Source of the DNA: Gammaproteobacteria bacterium
GTDB taxonomy: Bacteria; Pseudomonadota; Gammaproteobacteria; UBA4575
DNA: 64,000 nt
Direction of reading: 5' to 3'
NCBI GenBank assembly: GCA_965221955.1
Contig: CBDCTA010000029.1
Location: 192,001-256,000 of the forward strand
This document shows, one piece after another, positions 51,618 through 61,707 of this stretch. The first letter of the stretch is position 1. Every line of letters begins with the position of its first letter. Position numbers and translations under genes: made by a program. The notes under the pieces are model-generated. The model worked only from the letters and a program-made list of their open reading frames with translations. It did not search any database and was not told the DNA's origin.

Positions 51618-52982
51618 ATGATGGAATATGCTCTCATTGCCGTAACCGGCGTAATCGCAATGTTATCTATTGTTTTGGCCCCCACTGCTAAAACCGTTAA
51701 TGCGTTTTTCTCTGGTGCATCGTCACAGGGTAAAGCGCCTAGTTTATTAACGTTAACGCTTTCACAAGTCACTACTTGGATATTTGCGCGTTCATTAATG
51801 AATGCTGCAATTTTGGGTTATTTCTATGGACTTTGGGGTACTTTGGCTTATGCGGTGTATTACCTATCTTTTTTAACCGGTGGAACTATCATCGACAAGC
51901 TACGTTTTGAACAAGGCTTTAATAGCATCCAAGAATTTTTACATGCTCGCTTTGGTAGTGCAGGTGTGACTTGTTACAACATCGTGATCATCATTCGTTT
52001 AATTAGTGAGGTGTTTGCCAACTTATTAGTTATAGGATTGTTGTTTGGTATAGCAGGATCAAACGCCTATGTACTATCTATTATCGTTTTTTCAGCAGTG
52101 ACGTTATTGTATTCCATGTTAGGCGGCTTACACGCCTCGTTAAAAACGGATGTAATGCAAATGAGCATATTTGTATTCGTGTTAGTGCTGTTGATGATGA
52201 GCATATTTAGTGGAGAACATTTTGCTTTAGCCGATTTAACTTTTAAGGAATTTCAATTTGATCAGCCTGGGCCGATTTTAATGTTAGTGGCTTTATTACA
52301 GATCTGGAGTTATCCCATGCACGACCCTGTGATGATGGACCGGGGTTTTTTAGCGGATCGCGAAACTACACGTAAAAGTTTTTACCATGCAGCGTGGATA
52401 AGTATTATTTGTATCGTTACTTTCGGTTGTATTGGGGTATGGGCAGGTGCACATGCGAATCAGGGAGATACGATGAATACGGTGTTGATGCGTTTATTAG
52501 GTGAATGGCCAATGCTGTTATTTAGCACCACATTAGTGATTTCTGCGATGTCAACATTAGATAGCACTTTATCGAGCTCTTCAAAGCTAATCGCTGTGGA
52601 TATGAAATTAGTTAGCGCCAAAGTTAACAACGGTCGTTTAATTATGTTGATGTTTATGCTGTTAGGACTATTGTGTGTGTTTTTTGGTAACCAAGATCTA
52701 TTCAGCGCTGTAGCAGTCAGTGGTACTGCATCTTTGTTTTTGGCCCCAGTAGTGTTCTTTTCGATTTTTGCTAAACAAAAGTATATTCCAACTTGGAGTT
52801 TTTTATTGACTTTTATAGTAGCTGTAGTGGGTGCCAGCGTTTACTTCCTAGAATCTTCAGGGTACACGCAGTTATTAGGAGAAATGCATAAATACACTAA
52901 ACTGTTGATCATTTCTCTTTCTATACTAATTGTTGGTTGTAGCGCTTTCTTTATAGGTAAAGTACTGCAGCAAAATAATTAA
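51618..52982 (+). CDS. Sodium:solute symporter family protein
   Basis: About 12-13 TMs; YS..GG..AS..TD..Q; SAMSTLDS.L.S. Confidence 0.85.
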   Translation: MMEYALIAVTGVIAMLSIVLAPTAKTVNAFFSGASSQGKAPSLLTLTLSQVTTWIFARSLMNAAILGYFYGLWGTLAYAVYYLSFLTGGTIIDKLRFEQGFNSIQEFLHARFGSAGVTCYNIVIIIRLISEVFANLLVIGLLFGIAGSNAYVLSIIVFSAVTLLYSMLGGLHASLKTDVMQMSIFVFVLVLLMMSIFSGEHFALADLTFKEFQFDQPGPILMLVALLQIWSYPMHDPVMMDRGFLADRETTRKSFYHAAWISIICIVTFGCIGVWAGAHANQGDTMNTVLMRLLGEWPMLLFSTTLVISAMSTLDSTLSSSSKLIAVDMKLVSAKVNNGRLIMLMFMLLGLLCVFFGNQDLFSAVAVSGTASLFLAPVVFFSIFAKQKYIPTWSFLLTFIVAVVGASVYFLESSGYTQLLGEMHKYTKLLIISLSILIVGCSAFFIGKVLQQNN

Positions 52983-53002
52983 GCAAGCATTTAGCTAGCG
53001 CA

Positions 53003-53497
53003 ATGTCTGTGAAACCAAGCTTTCTTCTTCTATTTGTTTTTGTTTTCCTCCTAGGTCTAGTTTCATGTGAGGACTTCAGTTTTTCAGAATCTCACGAAGG
53101 CAAAGTGATAAAAGTACTCGATGGAGATTCATTCAATATTCTTCAACAAGGAAAGGAAGTGCGTATTCGATTAGCCGAAATTGATGCACCAGAGAACGGA
53201 CAAGCCATGTGGAAAAAATCTAAACAAGCGCTAGAGAAGCACGTTGCAGACAAGAAAGTTGTTGTCGAAGAATTTGACCGTGATCAATATGGACGAATCG
53301 TTGGACATGTTTACATTGACGATACTTGGGTAAATGGTGAACTTGTGCAACAAGGCTATGCTTATGTGTATACGCGATACGCAGTATCAAAAAAACTTTA
53401 TGAATATGAGTCGGAAGCAGAAAAAAATAGGCGTGGTGTATGGAAGTTACCCAAGCATGAACAAATCAAACCCTGGGAATGGCGGAAAAGAAATTAA
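53003..53497 (+). CDS. Thermonuclease (SNase) lipoprotein
   Basis: LVSC lipobox; DGDS, RLAEIDAPE, DQYGR. Confidence 0.92.
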   Translation: MSVKPSFLLLFVFVFLLGLVSCEDFSFSESHEGKVIKVLDGDSFNILQQGKEVRIRLAEIDAPENGQAMWKKSKQALEKHVADKKVVVEEFDRDQYGRIVGHVYIDDTWVNGELVQQGYAYVYTRYAVSKKLYEYESEAEKNRRGVWKLPKHEQIKPWEWRKRN

Positions 53498-53534
53498 CTC
53501 GTGTTAGCTGCTCACTTCTATATTTTTAAATTTT

Positions 53535-53783
53535 TTAAAAAACTAACATGAATAAAAAAAATAAAAAGGCCACTGCATAAATACCCATAAAAACCCAATA
53601 ATCGGTTTCTTCAGTATTACGATGTTTTTTAACTGCCCAGTTTTGCATCTCGGTTACACTCGCTAGCAAGCCCTTCTCATAACCTTTAATCCACACTGCT
53701 TGTGTGAGCCAACCTTCAATGAGAAGAAACCCAGTGAATAAAAGCCCAAGAAAAAATATTAGAGTTTGTAGAAGAATTAACAT
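53535..53783 (-). CDS. Small two-TM hypothetical protein
   Basis: Two hydrophobic segments. Confidence 0.55.
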   Translation of the reverse strand: MLILLQTLIFFLGLLFTGFLLIEGWLTQAVWIKGYEKGLLASVTEMQNWAVKKHRNTEETDYWVFMGIYAVAFLFFLFMLVF

Positions 53784-53910
53784 GAACTACTGTCACCGCC
53801 CGAAGCCAGGTAAAAACCCTTAATTAACGCTTCCCAGTTTAGAGCTTAGGGTAGTTGATCTATACCATTAGCATGCATCAGTAGTCGTGTTTACGCGATG
53901 GAATGGTAGA

Positions 53911-54264
53911 TTATTTTTCAGACCAAACCGCATATTCATTGCCATTTGGATCAGCGAAATGAAAGCGTTTACCACCGGGGAATGAAAATATTTCTTTAAT
54001 AATCGTGCCACCCGCTTTTTTAATTTTTTCTTGAGTTTGCTCTAATGCATGACTATAAAAAACGATGAGTGCACTGCCATTTTTTGTAACGCAGCTTAGA
54101 TCAGAGGTAAAAAAGCCACCCTCCAGACCCTGATTTTCAAAAGCCGTATAGTCGGGACCGTAATCTGTAAATTGCCATGCAAAGACTTCAGTAAAAAAAT
54201 TTTTAGCTATCTGAATATCTTTGGCAGGAAACTCTACATAATTAATTTTTTCATGATTCTTCAT
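53911..54264 (-). CDS. VOC/glyoxalase family protein
   Basis: INYVEF, FPGG.RFHF.DP.GNE. Confidence 0.9.
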   Translation of the reverse strand: MKNHEKINYVEFPAKDIQIAKNFFTEVFAWQFTDYGPDYTAFENQGLEGGFFTSDLSCVTKNGSALIVFYSHALEQTQEKIKKAGGTIIKEIFSFPGGKRFHFADPNGNEYAVWSEK

Positions 54265-54402
54265 AAAGCCACTCTATATTAGCGCTTGCAACAAAATCGG
54301 TATGCGATTCTAGTTAATTGCCGCATTTATTTGTAATAAACTCAGGCAAACACCTGTCATTTATTAGTCAACCATACACCTAGATTAAAACAAGGGGCAA
54401 CC

Positions 54403-55155
54403 ATGACGAATTCATACGATATTAAAGGCAAAACCGCACTCGTAACGGGTGCTAATCGTGGCATTGGTAAAGTTATTGTAGAAACTTTTTTAGATAAAGG
54501 TAGTGTAAAAAAAGTTTATGCTGCGGTGAGAAATTTAGAATCTGCTGAGGAATTAGCGGACAGATATAATGAGCGTATTGAAGTGATTCAAATTGATTTA
54601 GAAAAGCCGGATACCATTCAACAGGCAGCCGAAAAAGCCACTGATGTGGACATTGTGGTTAACAATGCAGGTGTACTCAAAACATCTACACCCCTTGATG
54701 TAAATGCATTGGATACTATGTCATATGAAATGGATATGAATGTGTCTGGTTTGGTTCGTATGGCGCAAGCGTTTGCGCCAATATTAAAAGCCAATGGTGG
54801 CGGTGTATTAATTCAACTTAACTCTCTTGCATCAATGAAAAGTTTTCCACCCTTTGCAACTTATTGTGCGTCTAAAGCAGCTGCGTATTCAATTACTCAA
54901 GCTTTGCGTGATTTGTTAAAAGAACAAGGTACAACTGTAGTGAGTGTACATCCTGGACCAATTGCAACAGATATGGCTAATGATGCAGGTATCGGCGAAA
55001 TTGCTGAGCCTCCAAGTGTGGTCGCTGATAGTATTCTCGTTGCACTTGAGAAAGGCGAATTTCATGCTTTCCCTGATTCCATGGCCAAACAATTCGAAGG
55101 TGCTTACCAAGGTTTTGCAGAAAATATTGTGAATGCGAATCTGTTAGAAAGTTGA
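54403..55155 (+). CDS. Short-chain dehydrogenase/reductase
   Basis: [26 protein letters not shown]. Confidence 0.93.
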   Translation: MTNSYDIKGKTALVTGANRGIGKVIVETFLDKGSVKKVYAAVRNLESAEELADRYNERIEVIQIDLEKPDTIQQAAEKATDVDIVVNNAGVLKTSTPLDVNALDTMSYEMDMNVSGLVRMAQAFAPILKANGGGVLIQLNSLASMKSFPPFATYCASKAAAYSITQALRDLLKEQGTTVVSVHPGPIATDMANDAGIGEIAEPPSVVADSILVALEKGEFHAFPDSMAKQFEGAYQGFAENIVNANLLES

Positions 55156-55234
55156 ATTAGCAGGCTTAGTATTCAGATTTAGTGCTGTAATATATTTTAC
55201 GACGAGTAAAGTAAACGGGAATATTATTTTCCCA

Positions 55235-55996
55235 ATGCCAAAAACGATAGTTCTTCAATCTCATCGTCAGCCATTGCTTGAAGAGTGGTTGAAAGTTTGC
55301 ATTGATTCAGTAAAACACTGGGCCGAGTTGAATACGTATGATTATGAATGTATTGGAGATGAATTATTTGAGTATCTTTCTACAGAGGTTATAGAAAAAA
55401 CAAAATCTCAAAAGGTGATTGCAACCGATTTAGCTCGTCTTAAAGTACTCAAAGAATATTTTCTCAAAGGCTACGATACAGTGGTGTGGTGCGATGCTGA
55501 CTTTATAATATTTTCGCCTGAAAAATTTAATTTATTGAACGAGACTTTTGCTGTAGGTCGTGAAGTGTGGATACAGGAGAATGATAAAAACTCAAAAAAC
55601 CTAACCGCCTATATCAAAGTCCATAATGCTTTCATGATGTTTAAAAAAGGCAATTCTTTTTTGGACTTTTATCATGATGCAGCTGAGCGTTTGCTGATAA
55701 AAAATAAAGGCCAGATGTCACCACAATTCATTGGTCCAAAGTTACTTACGGCTATTCACAATATTGTTCAATGTCCGGTGCAAGAAACTGCGGGCATGTT
55801 AAGTCCTTTAGTCATTAAAGATATTGCAAAAGGAGGTGGGCAAGCACTGGATTTATTCAAGAAAAAATCACCAAGTAATATTTTTGCAGCAAATTTATGT
55901 AGCTCACTCTTTGAGCGAGGGGAATTTAATGCAGAAATAATTGAAAAATGCTTAGGGGTGTTAAGCAGTCAGCCAGAAGTATTGGCTACTAATTGA
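55235..55996 (+). CDS. Hypothetical protein, glycosyltransferase-like (DxD)
   Basis: DLARL..L...G...WCDAD, HNAF, GP.LLT pattern resembling GT-A/GT32-type proteins. Confidence 0.55.
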   Translation: MPKTIVLQSHRQPLLEEWLKVCIDSVKHWAELNTYDYECIGDELFEYLSTEVIEKTKSQKVIATDLARLKVLKEYFLKGYDTVVWCDADFIIFSPEKFNLLNETFAVGREVWIQENDKNSKNLTAYIKVHNAFMMFKKGNSFLDFYHDAAERLLIKNKGQMSPQFIGPKLLTAIHNIVQCPVQETAGMLSPLVIKDIAKGGGQALDLFKKKSPSNIFAANLCSSLFERGEFNAEIIEKCLGVLSSQPEVLATN

Positions 55997-56007
55997 GTAA
56001 AATCAGC

Positions 56008-57321
56008 TTATTGATTATCTTCCTTAGAGGAAATCGGGATGATTTTTTTGGCTTCCTGAAATAATTCTTCCAATTCGCGAATACGCGCCTCTTGGGCAGT
56101 GAGTTCAGAGCGCAATGGTGAAACTTGTTGTTTGGCTTGGAATAACACTTTTTCAAGTGAAGCAATTTTACTGTCACGCAGATTAACTGCAGTTTCAAGA
56201 GACTCGATGCGTTTGCGACGACTTAACACTTCTTCGCTTAGTATAGAAATCTTTTCGTCGCGCAGTTTAAGGCTATTTTCTAAAGCAGGAATTTTCTCAT
56301 TTGCATGTTCAACCTTGTTTTGTAAGCTTCTTACGACTGTTCGAGCATCATTGGTTTCAGTTTCAAGTAGTTGAATGCGTTCGCGTTCAGTATCTAGAGT
56401 TTGTTTGAGAGTAGTAATTTCTTCACTGCGTTCATCGAGAGTTTCTCGCAGTACCCCCATTTCTGCCAGTTGCGCTGCACTTGCCTCGATTTTAGCTTCA
56501 TAAGTCTCGATGGATTGTTTGTCTTTTTCGATTTGCTGTATTAGTCCAGCTTCTCTATGGACACGTTGTTCAACTTCACCTTGGAGCTGATAGATTTTAT
56601 TATCCATCTCATCCAGCTCTTCTTGTAAATTATTAATTTGTTTGCCGCGGTTATTGAATTCTTGCTTTAAAGGCCCAAAAGACGCAATTTGGCTATCCAA
56701 TTCTTCTATGCGTGTAGTTAAATGGATACGTTGATCTTCAAGCTCTTTGCTTAATACTTGATTGTCGCTGTCAGCTTGTTTGAGTTGTTCTCTAAGTTCT
56801 TGTGCATCAATAATTTTTGTACGAGCTGAGTCAAGTTCTTTATTGAGACTTTCAATTTCGGTAGCGTTTGATTTTAGTTTAGTAGAGAGAATTTGGTTAT
56901 CCTCATCAGCTTGACCTAATTGAGTTTTTAATGGCTGTAACTCATTAATACTTTCGCGCAAGAAAGTAATTTCTTCGTTAAGCACGTTAACTTCTTGGTC
57001 GCGTTCTTGAATTCGACTATTGAGCAAATTATTTTTCTCAGTGGCTTTGCCCAGTAATATCTTTAACTCTTCAAGCTCAGTAGGAATGATTTTAAACTCT
57101 TCAATGACTTTGGCCTGTTCATTAGAAAATTCAACCGCAACTTTTAATTTTTCCTGTAATTCATCTCGTATAGCAGTAGCAGCTTCATAAGCAGAACGTA
57201 AAGACTCCAACTCGTTGCTTGAATGTTCGGATACTTCAAGGACTGGAATTTCTAAATCCATTTCCAGTTCTAGCGTTTCTGCGTCTTGCTTGCTTTTAGA
57301 TGGTGTGTCGAGCGTAGTCAT
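56008..57321 (-). CDS. Soluble long coiled-coil protein (paralog of the 49231-51114 coil)
   Basis: Heptad repeats; shared blocks LK.LLGKAT, IP.LENSLK.RD, IRELE. Confidence 0.8.
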   Translation of the reverse strand: MTTLDTPSKSKQDAETLELEMDLEIPVLEVSEHSSNELESLRSAYEAATAIRDELQEKLKVAVEFSNEQAKVIEEFKIIPTELEELKILLGKATEKNNLLNSRIQERDQEVNVLNEEITFLRESINELQPLKTQLGQADEDNQILSTKLKSNATEIESLNKELDSARTKIIDAQELREQLKQADSDNQVLSKELEDQRIHLTTRIEELDSQIASFGPLKQEFNNRGKQINNLQEELDEMDNKIYQLQGEVEQRVHREAGLIQQIEKDKQSIETYEAKIEASAAQLAEMGVLRETLDERSEEITTLKQTLDTERERIQLLETETNDARTVVRSLQNKVEHANEKIPALENSLKLRDEKISILSEEVLSRRKRIESLETAVNLRDSKIASLEKVLFQAKQQVSPLRSELTAQEARIRELEELFQEAKKIIPISSKEDNQ

Positions 57322-57686
57322 TAAGTAGTTCTTCCCCTAAACATACAATGAGTAAGAATTCAGCGTATAAATAATCCTGTAAGTACATGAATTGTAATAC
57401 ATCTTGTACAAATTTTTAATCAATAGCAGTAATTATGGGTAGAAATAGAAAAGATTAAAATACAAACAAAATACCTTTACTGTAATTAGGGTATCCAAGA
57501 TGAAGCACTAATCCGAAGGGCATGAAAACGTAGGTTTACTTAAAAGTTCAAAATTTTATACATGTAAATCAACCACTTATCAGAGTTTAAAAAATTATTT
57601 CAGAATATTTATTAATAGCGTCAACGAGTTGTTAGTCCTCTGCGTTGTAGTAAATATCGACAGCTATTAAAGGATGGAGGAGAAGG

Positions 57687-58190
57687 ATGAAAATTAAAAA
57701 ACAGCTTTTGTTGTTTCCTGCAGGGATGCTTTTGTTTGCGATGTCTACAATTTCGCATGCGGAAGGATCAGTGTATGGGAATGTTGGTTATCACGAATAT
57801 CCATGGAGTATTTTGATCGGCTATAACGATTATTATCGAGGATATCGCGATCACTATCGTGGTCATCACCACCATAAGCATCGTCACCATCATTATAAAC
57901 ACAAAAAACATCACTATCGTAAACATCATGATTATGGTCATCATTACGGCCATCGCAAACGACATTATTATGGGCATGATCGGCGCTATTACAAAGATCA
58001 TCACTATCGTAAGCACCATGATTATGGTCATCATGATCGACATCGTTATAAAGATCGCCATCATTACCGACATGATCGCCGGCATCATGTTTCTCGTGAT
58101 CGTCATAGAGATCGTCATGAACATCGCCGAGATCGCAGACATCGAGATGGAGATCGAAGACACCGTGATCGAGATCGTGGGCGAAGATAA
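57687..58190 (+). CDS. Secreted His/Arg/Tyr/Asp-rich low-complexity protein
   Basis: Signal peptide (SHA|E); HHYRKHHDYGHH x2; RDRR tail. Confidence 0.8.
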   Translation: MKIKKQLLLFPAGMLLFAMSTISHAEGSVYGNVGYHEYPWSILIGYNDYYRGYRDHYRGHHHHKHRHHHYKHKKHHYRKHHDYGHHYGHRKRHYYGHDRRYYKDHHYRKHHDYGHHDRHRYKDRHHYRHDRRHHVSRDRHRDRHEHRRDRRHRDGDRRHRDRDRGRR

Positions 58191-58214
58191 TGTGTATCTA
58201 GAATAGACTGTTTT

Positions 58215-58242
58215 AAAAGCCTCGCTCTGCGAGGCTTTTTTT
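58215..58242 (+). terminator. Intrinsic terminator
   Basis: AAAAGCCTCGC-TCT-GCGAGGCTTTTTTT. Confidence 0.88.
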
Positions 58243-58287
58243 ATTGGAAAATAAATAATCAAATTAAAAAATCTGTAAGATCAGCGC

Positions 58288-59670
58288 GTGTTACATGCAA
58301 TTAAAAAACGCTGGTCAGAAAAAAGCGGGTATCGTGAAGTATTGGTTATTTCAATTCCGCTTATATTAAGTACAGGTGCATGGAGCATTTTATTATTTTT
58401 TGATCGAATGTTTCTGTCTTGGTATTCAGAAAATTCCATTGCTGCTGCAATGCCATCTGGGATGACAAGTTTCGCAATGCTGAGTGTGTTTATTGGTACT
58501 GCAGCATATGTAAATACTTTTGTAGCACAATATTATGGTGCAGAAGAAGAAGATAAAATAGGTGCTATTGTATGGCAGGGTATTTATTTTAGCTTATTTT
58601 CTTTTTTGCTAATTATTCCAGCATATTTTATAGCAGAAAGTTTCTTTGCGCTCATTGGTCATTCTAAAGAAGTACAAATACAGGAAACACTATATTTTAA
58701 AATATTAATGTATTCTGCCATGTTCATGGTTTTGAATAATGCCTTATCTAGCTTTTTCTCAGGGTTAGGTAAAACACTGGTTGTAATGTGGGTCAGTGTT
58801 CTTATTGCAGTTATAAACATTGTATTAGATTACATTTTTATTTTTGGAAAATTGGGAATTCCATCTATGGGAATTCGAGGGGCTGCTATTGCAAGTAATA
58901 TTGCTGTGATAGCGGGTTCAATCACTTACTTATTGCTAATTTTTCAAAGTAAATATCGCAAGCGTTTTGAACTTGTTTCTTCATGGCGACTAGATTTTTC
59001 TCTTCTTCATAGATTGATTTATTACGGCTTTCCAAATGGCTTGAGGTTGTTTATTGATATGTCAGCATTCACAGCATTTTTAATGTTTACGGGTACTGTG
59101 GGCACACGTGAACAAGTTGCTACTAATATTGCGTTTAATATTGAAGCGTTGGCTTTCTTGCCTATGGTTGGAATGATGATTGGTGTAGCAGTGCTAGTAG
59201 GCCAACGATTAGGTGAGAATAGACCAGAACTTGCAGAGAAAGCTGCATGGTCTGCTATTCATCTTACCTTTATATTTTTCAGTGTTCTTGCGGTGTTATA
59301 TATAACGATACCGCATGTGTTTATTTATCCTTTTACTCTCAACGGGGGGTTAGAGAACATTGAAAATAGTATCGAGTTAATCGCAGTACTTTTGCGATTT
59401 GTAGCATTTTTCTGTCTGTTTGATGCAATTTTCTTGGTATTTATTGGTGCATTAGAAGGTGCTGGAGATACTCGCTTTATTATGAAAATGAGTTTTTTGA
59501 TCTCAATAATTTTATTAGTCTTGCCGTGCTATCTATATATAAAATATTTTGAAGCCAAGTTATTTTTCCTTTGGTGGATTATCACCATAAATGTCGTGAT
59601 TTACTGCGCAGTGTTTTTTTGGCGCTTTCAAAAAGGGCCTTGGAGAAGTATGCGAGTAATTGAAGGGTAA
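58288..59670 (+). CDS. MATE family efflux transporter
   Basis: 12 TMs; AQYYGA, G..GAAIA, GQRLG, GAGDT. Confidence 0.92.
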   Translation: MLHAIKKRWSEKSGYREVLVISIPLILSTGAWSILLFFDRMFLSWYSENSIAAAMPSGMTSFAMLSVFIGTAAYVNTFVAQYYGAEEEDKIGAIVWQGIYFSLFSFLLIIPAYFIAESFFALIGHSKEVQIQETLYFKILMYSAMFMVLNNALSSFFSGLGKTLVVMWVSVLIAVINIVLDYIFIFGKLGIPSMGIRGAAIASNIAVIAGSITYLLLIFQSKYRKRFELVSSWRLDFSLLHRLIYYGFPNGLRLFIDMSAFTAFLMFTGTVGTREQVATNIAFNIEALAFLPMVGMMIGVAVLVGQRLGENRPELAEKAAWSAIHLTFIFFSVLAVLYITIPHVFIYPFTLNGGLENIENSIELIAVLLRFVAFFCLFDAIFLVFIGALEGAGDTRFIMKMSFLISIILLVLPCYLYIKYFEAKLFFLWWIITINVVIYCAVFFWRFQKGPWRSMRVIEG

Positions 59671-59690
59671 TAATCCTTAATTACAAAAGC

Positions 59691-61412
59691 TTAATTCACC
59701 AGGAACACATTTTTAGGTAACTCTTTGCCAATTCGGGTATTACGACGAATAATTTTTGCAAGCGTAGTGTTCTCTATATATTTCTTGCTGCGACCCTGAA
59801 ATTGTCGTTCGTACCAAAAGCGATCTCCATCACGTAAGCGTTCAAATTGGTCTTTAATGATTGCGTAGAAAGTCTCTCCAACTAATGCATTGGTGACCTT
59901 ATCTTCAGTTAAACCGCCCACCCACAAATCAATTTCATCCACTGAAGCGTAAATACTAGCTAGTTTTGCTTGTTTAGCAGGGTCTGAGGTAATTTCCGCA
60001 AAGCTTGTTACAGCTGCTAGACCATATGCAACTCTAGTGCTGTTATAGCTCGATAAACCATGGTCACGCCCACGTTGAATATTAAGAGAAGCTAAATCAA
60101 ATCCGCCATTACCAGGTTGTCCAAAAAGGAAGTTACGCACGTCATCGATGATGAGTTCATCTAAGTCTTGGCAGCTTTGATTCGCTAAGCCACGAAGTAA
60201 TGGTTCTATGCCGCCTTCATCAATAATTCGGTGTGGTGAGAAAAATGCATCGCGAAGTGCTACGTGTCCATATTTTGTTTCTTTACCTTTTCTATTCAAA
60301 CGTAGAATCTGAGGAGAAAGTAAGCTATGGCCTAATCTAAACGCAGCCGTTGAAAATTCATTTGCAATACTTGCATCGACTTCAGGTTGATAACCTTTAT
60401 AAGGTGATAACGCATTCTCTCCTAGTAAAACAGGTAAGAATTCATTGTAAGTAATAACTTGTAGCTGGGCGCCAACCATTCTGCGTGCGAGTTGATAGAT
60501 TTCGTCTCCACTTAAATATGGATTGGCACGTCCAATTTTTTTCGCTAATCGATTATGCTCACGTACAAATAGGGTATGCATTGCGGTTAAACCAATTTGT
60601 TCGTTAGCACGCACATCACCCGCTAGAAATAAAGTATCTGAGGTGCCACCCGCATTACTCAAACCTTCTGTGTTAAAAGGCAATAATTTTTTCTTACTGG
60701 TTTTCAATTTGCCTGTTTCATCCATGGTACGTAATGCCGTAGCGCGTTCTTCGTCAGAACCATATACATTTGAGGCATCAATCCAGCCTGTAAGCTCATT
60801 AAGTTGTTGTCGAGGTGAATCTATACCTGTGTCTACATCAAAGATAGAGCGGTTAAATGGCATTTGAGCTGTGCCAGTATTGGCAGGATCAAAAAACTCA
60901 TCACCAGCAGGGATCGCAATGGGTGCAGGCTCAGGGGGTTCTACACCATCGGTTAAATCAATATCATGATCAAGGAATTGCCCCCATTGCCATAGCATAT
61001 CGCTGGCTAATTTATAGGTTTGCGTGGCTTGCTGTTGGGCTAATACGGCATTACTAATTGCACGTGGGTTAGGACGGTTTACGCCTGCCATTGCAGAAAC
61101 ACCATCACTATAATCAGAGTTTGCTTTACGAGTTAATGGTGTACCTTCTGCATTCATATTTGGCTGTAGAAGATTATTAAAATGTCCATCGATAGTTCGA
61201 AAATAATAATTCTTTTTTGAATGTATTTTGTATTTATTATGCTTGCGTTTAATTCTACGAATAGGTGAAGTCTTTTTTGCATCATTATCAAAGTCTGCGT
61301 GTTTAAGCAGTTCTTCTCCGGAAAAAACACTATTACTTGCTTGAGAAACAATTGAAAAACTTAGAATGATTACAACCGCAGTTAAAATTGCGGTAGAAAA
61401 CTTAGGCCCCAT
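59691..61412 (-). CDS. Secreted animal-type (peroxidase-cyclooxygenase superfamily) heme peroxidase
   Basis: RTIDG..NN, WGQFLDHD, GDVRANE, REHN, AAFRLGHS, IQRGRDHG, RDGDRFWYE. Confidence 0.93.
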   Translation of the reverse strand: MGPKFSTAILTAVVIILSFSIVSQASNSVFSGEELLKHADFDNDAKKTSPIRRIKRKHNKYKIHSKKNYYFRTIDGHFNNLLQPNMNAEGTPLTRKANSDYSDGVSAMAGVNRPNPRAISNAVLAQQQATQTYKLASDMLWQWGQFLDHDIDLTDGVEPPEPAPIAIPAGDEFFDPANTGTAQMPFNRSIFDVDTGIDSPRQQLNELTGWIDASNVYGSDEERATALRTMDETGKLKTSKKKLLPFNTEGLSNAGGTSDTLFLAGDVRANEQIGLTAMHTLFVREHNRLAKKIGRANPYLSGDEIYQLARRMVGAQLQVITYNEFLPVLLGENALSPYKGYQPEVDASIANEFSTAAFRLGHSLLSPQILRLNRKGKETKYGHVALRDAFFSPHRIIDEGGIEPLLRGLANQSCQDLDELIIDDVRNFLFGQPGNGGFDLASLNIQRGRDHGLSSYNSTRVAYGLAAVTSFAEITSDPAKQAKLASIYASVDEIDLWVGGLTEDKVTNALVGETFYAIIKDQFERLRDGDRFWYERQFQGRSKKYIENTTLAKIIRRNTRIGKELPKNVFLVN

Positions 61413-61707
61413 GAGCAGCTCCCTTCTGAAATGTTCTGAGAATATCCGTTCCCAAAGATAGAAAATCTGTTTAGATTAGATAGTAATTATTATTATCACT
61501 GTAATATAGTTAAATATTCTATATTAAATTGTGAGCCACTTTATAGAACAATGACTGCAGAATGAATGTGTATCATTAACTCACTAATTATTAAAACTAA
61601 TTTAATTTTAATAATTGACAATATAAGAATGTTTCATTACCTTGATGGAGATAACTATAAGAATATCGAGCTTTATTATGCTCAACTCTAGTGAACTATA
61701 ACTAGTC

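Noticed and set aside
57768-58262. Met/Ile-rich antisense and alternate-frame ORFs
   Set aside because: Shadows of CAT/CGT/GAT codon repeats in the His-rich gene
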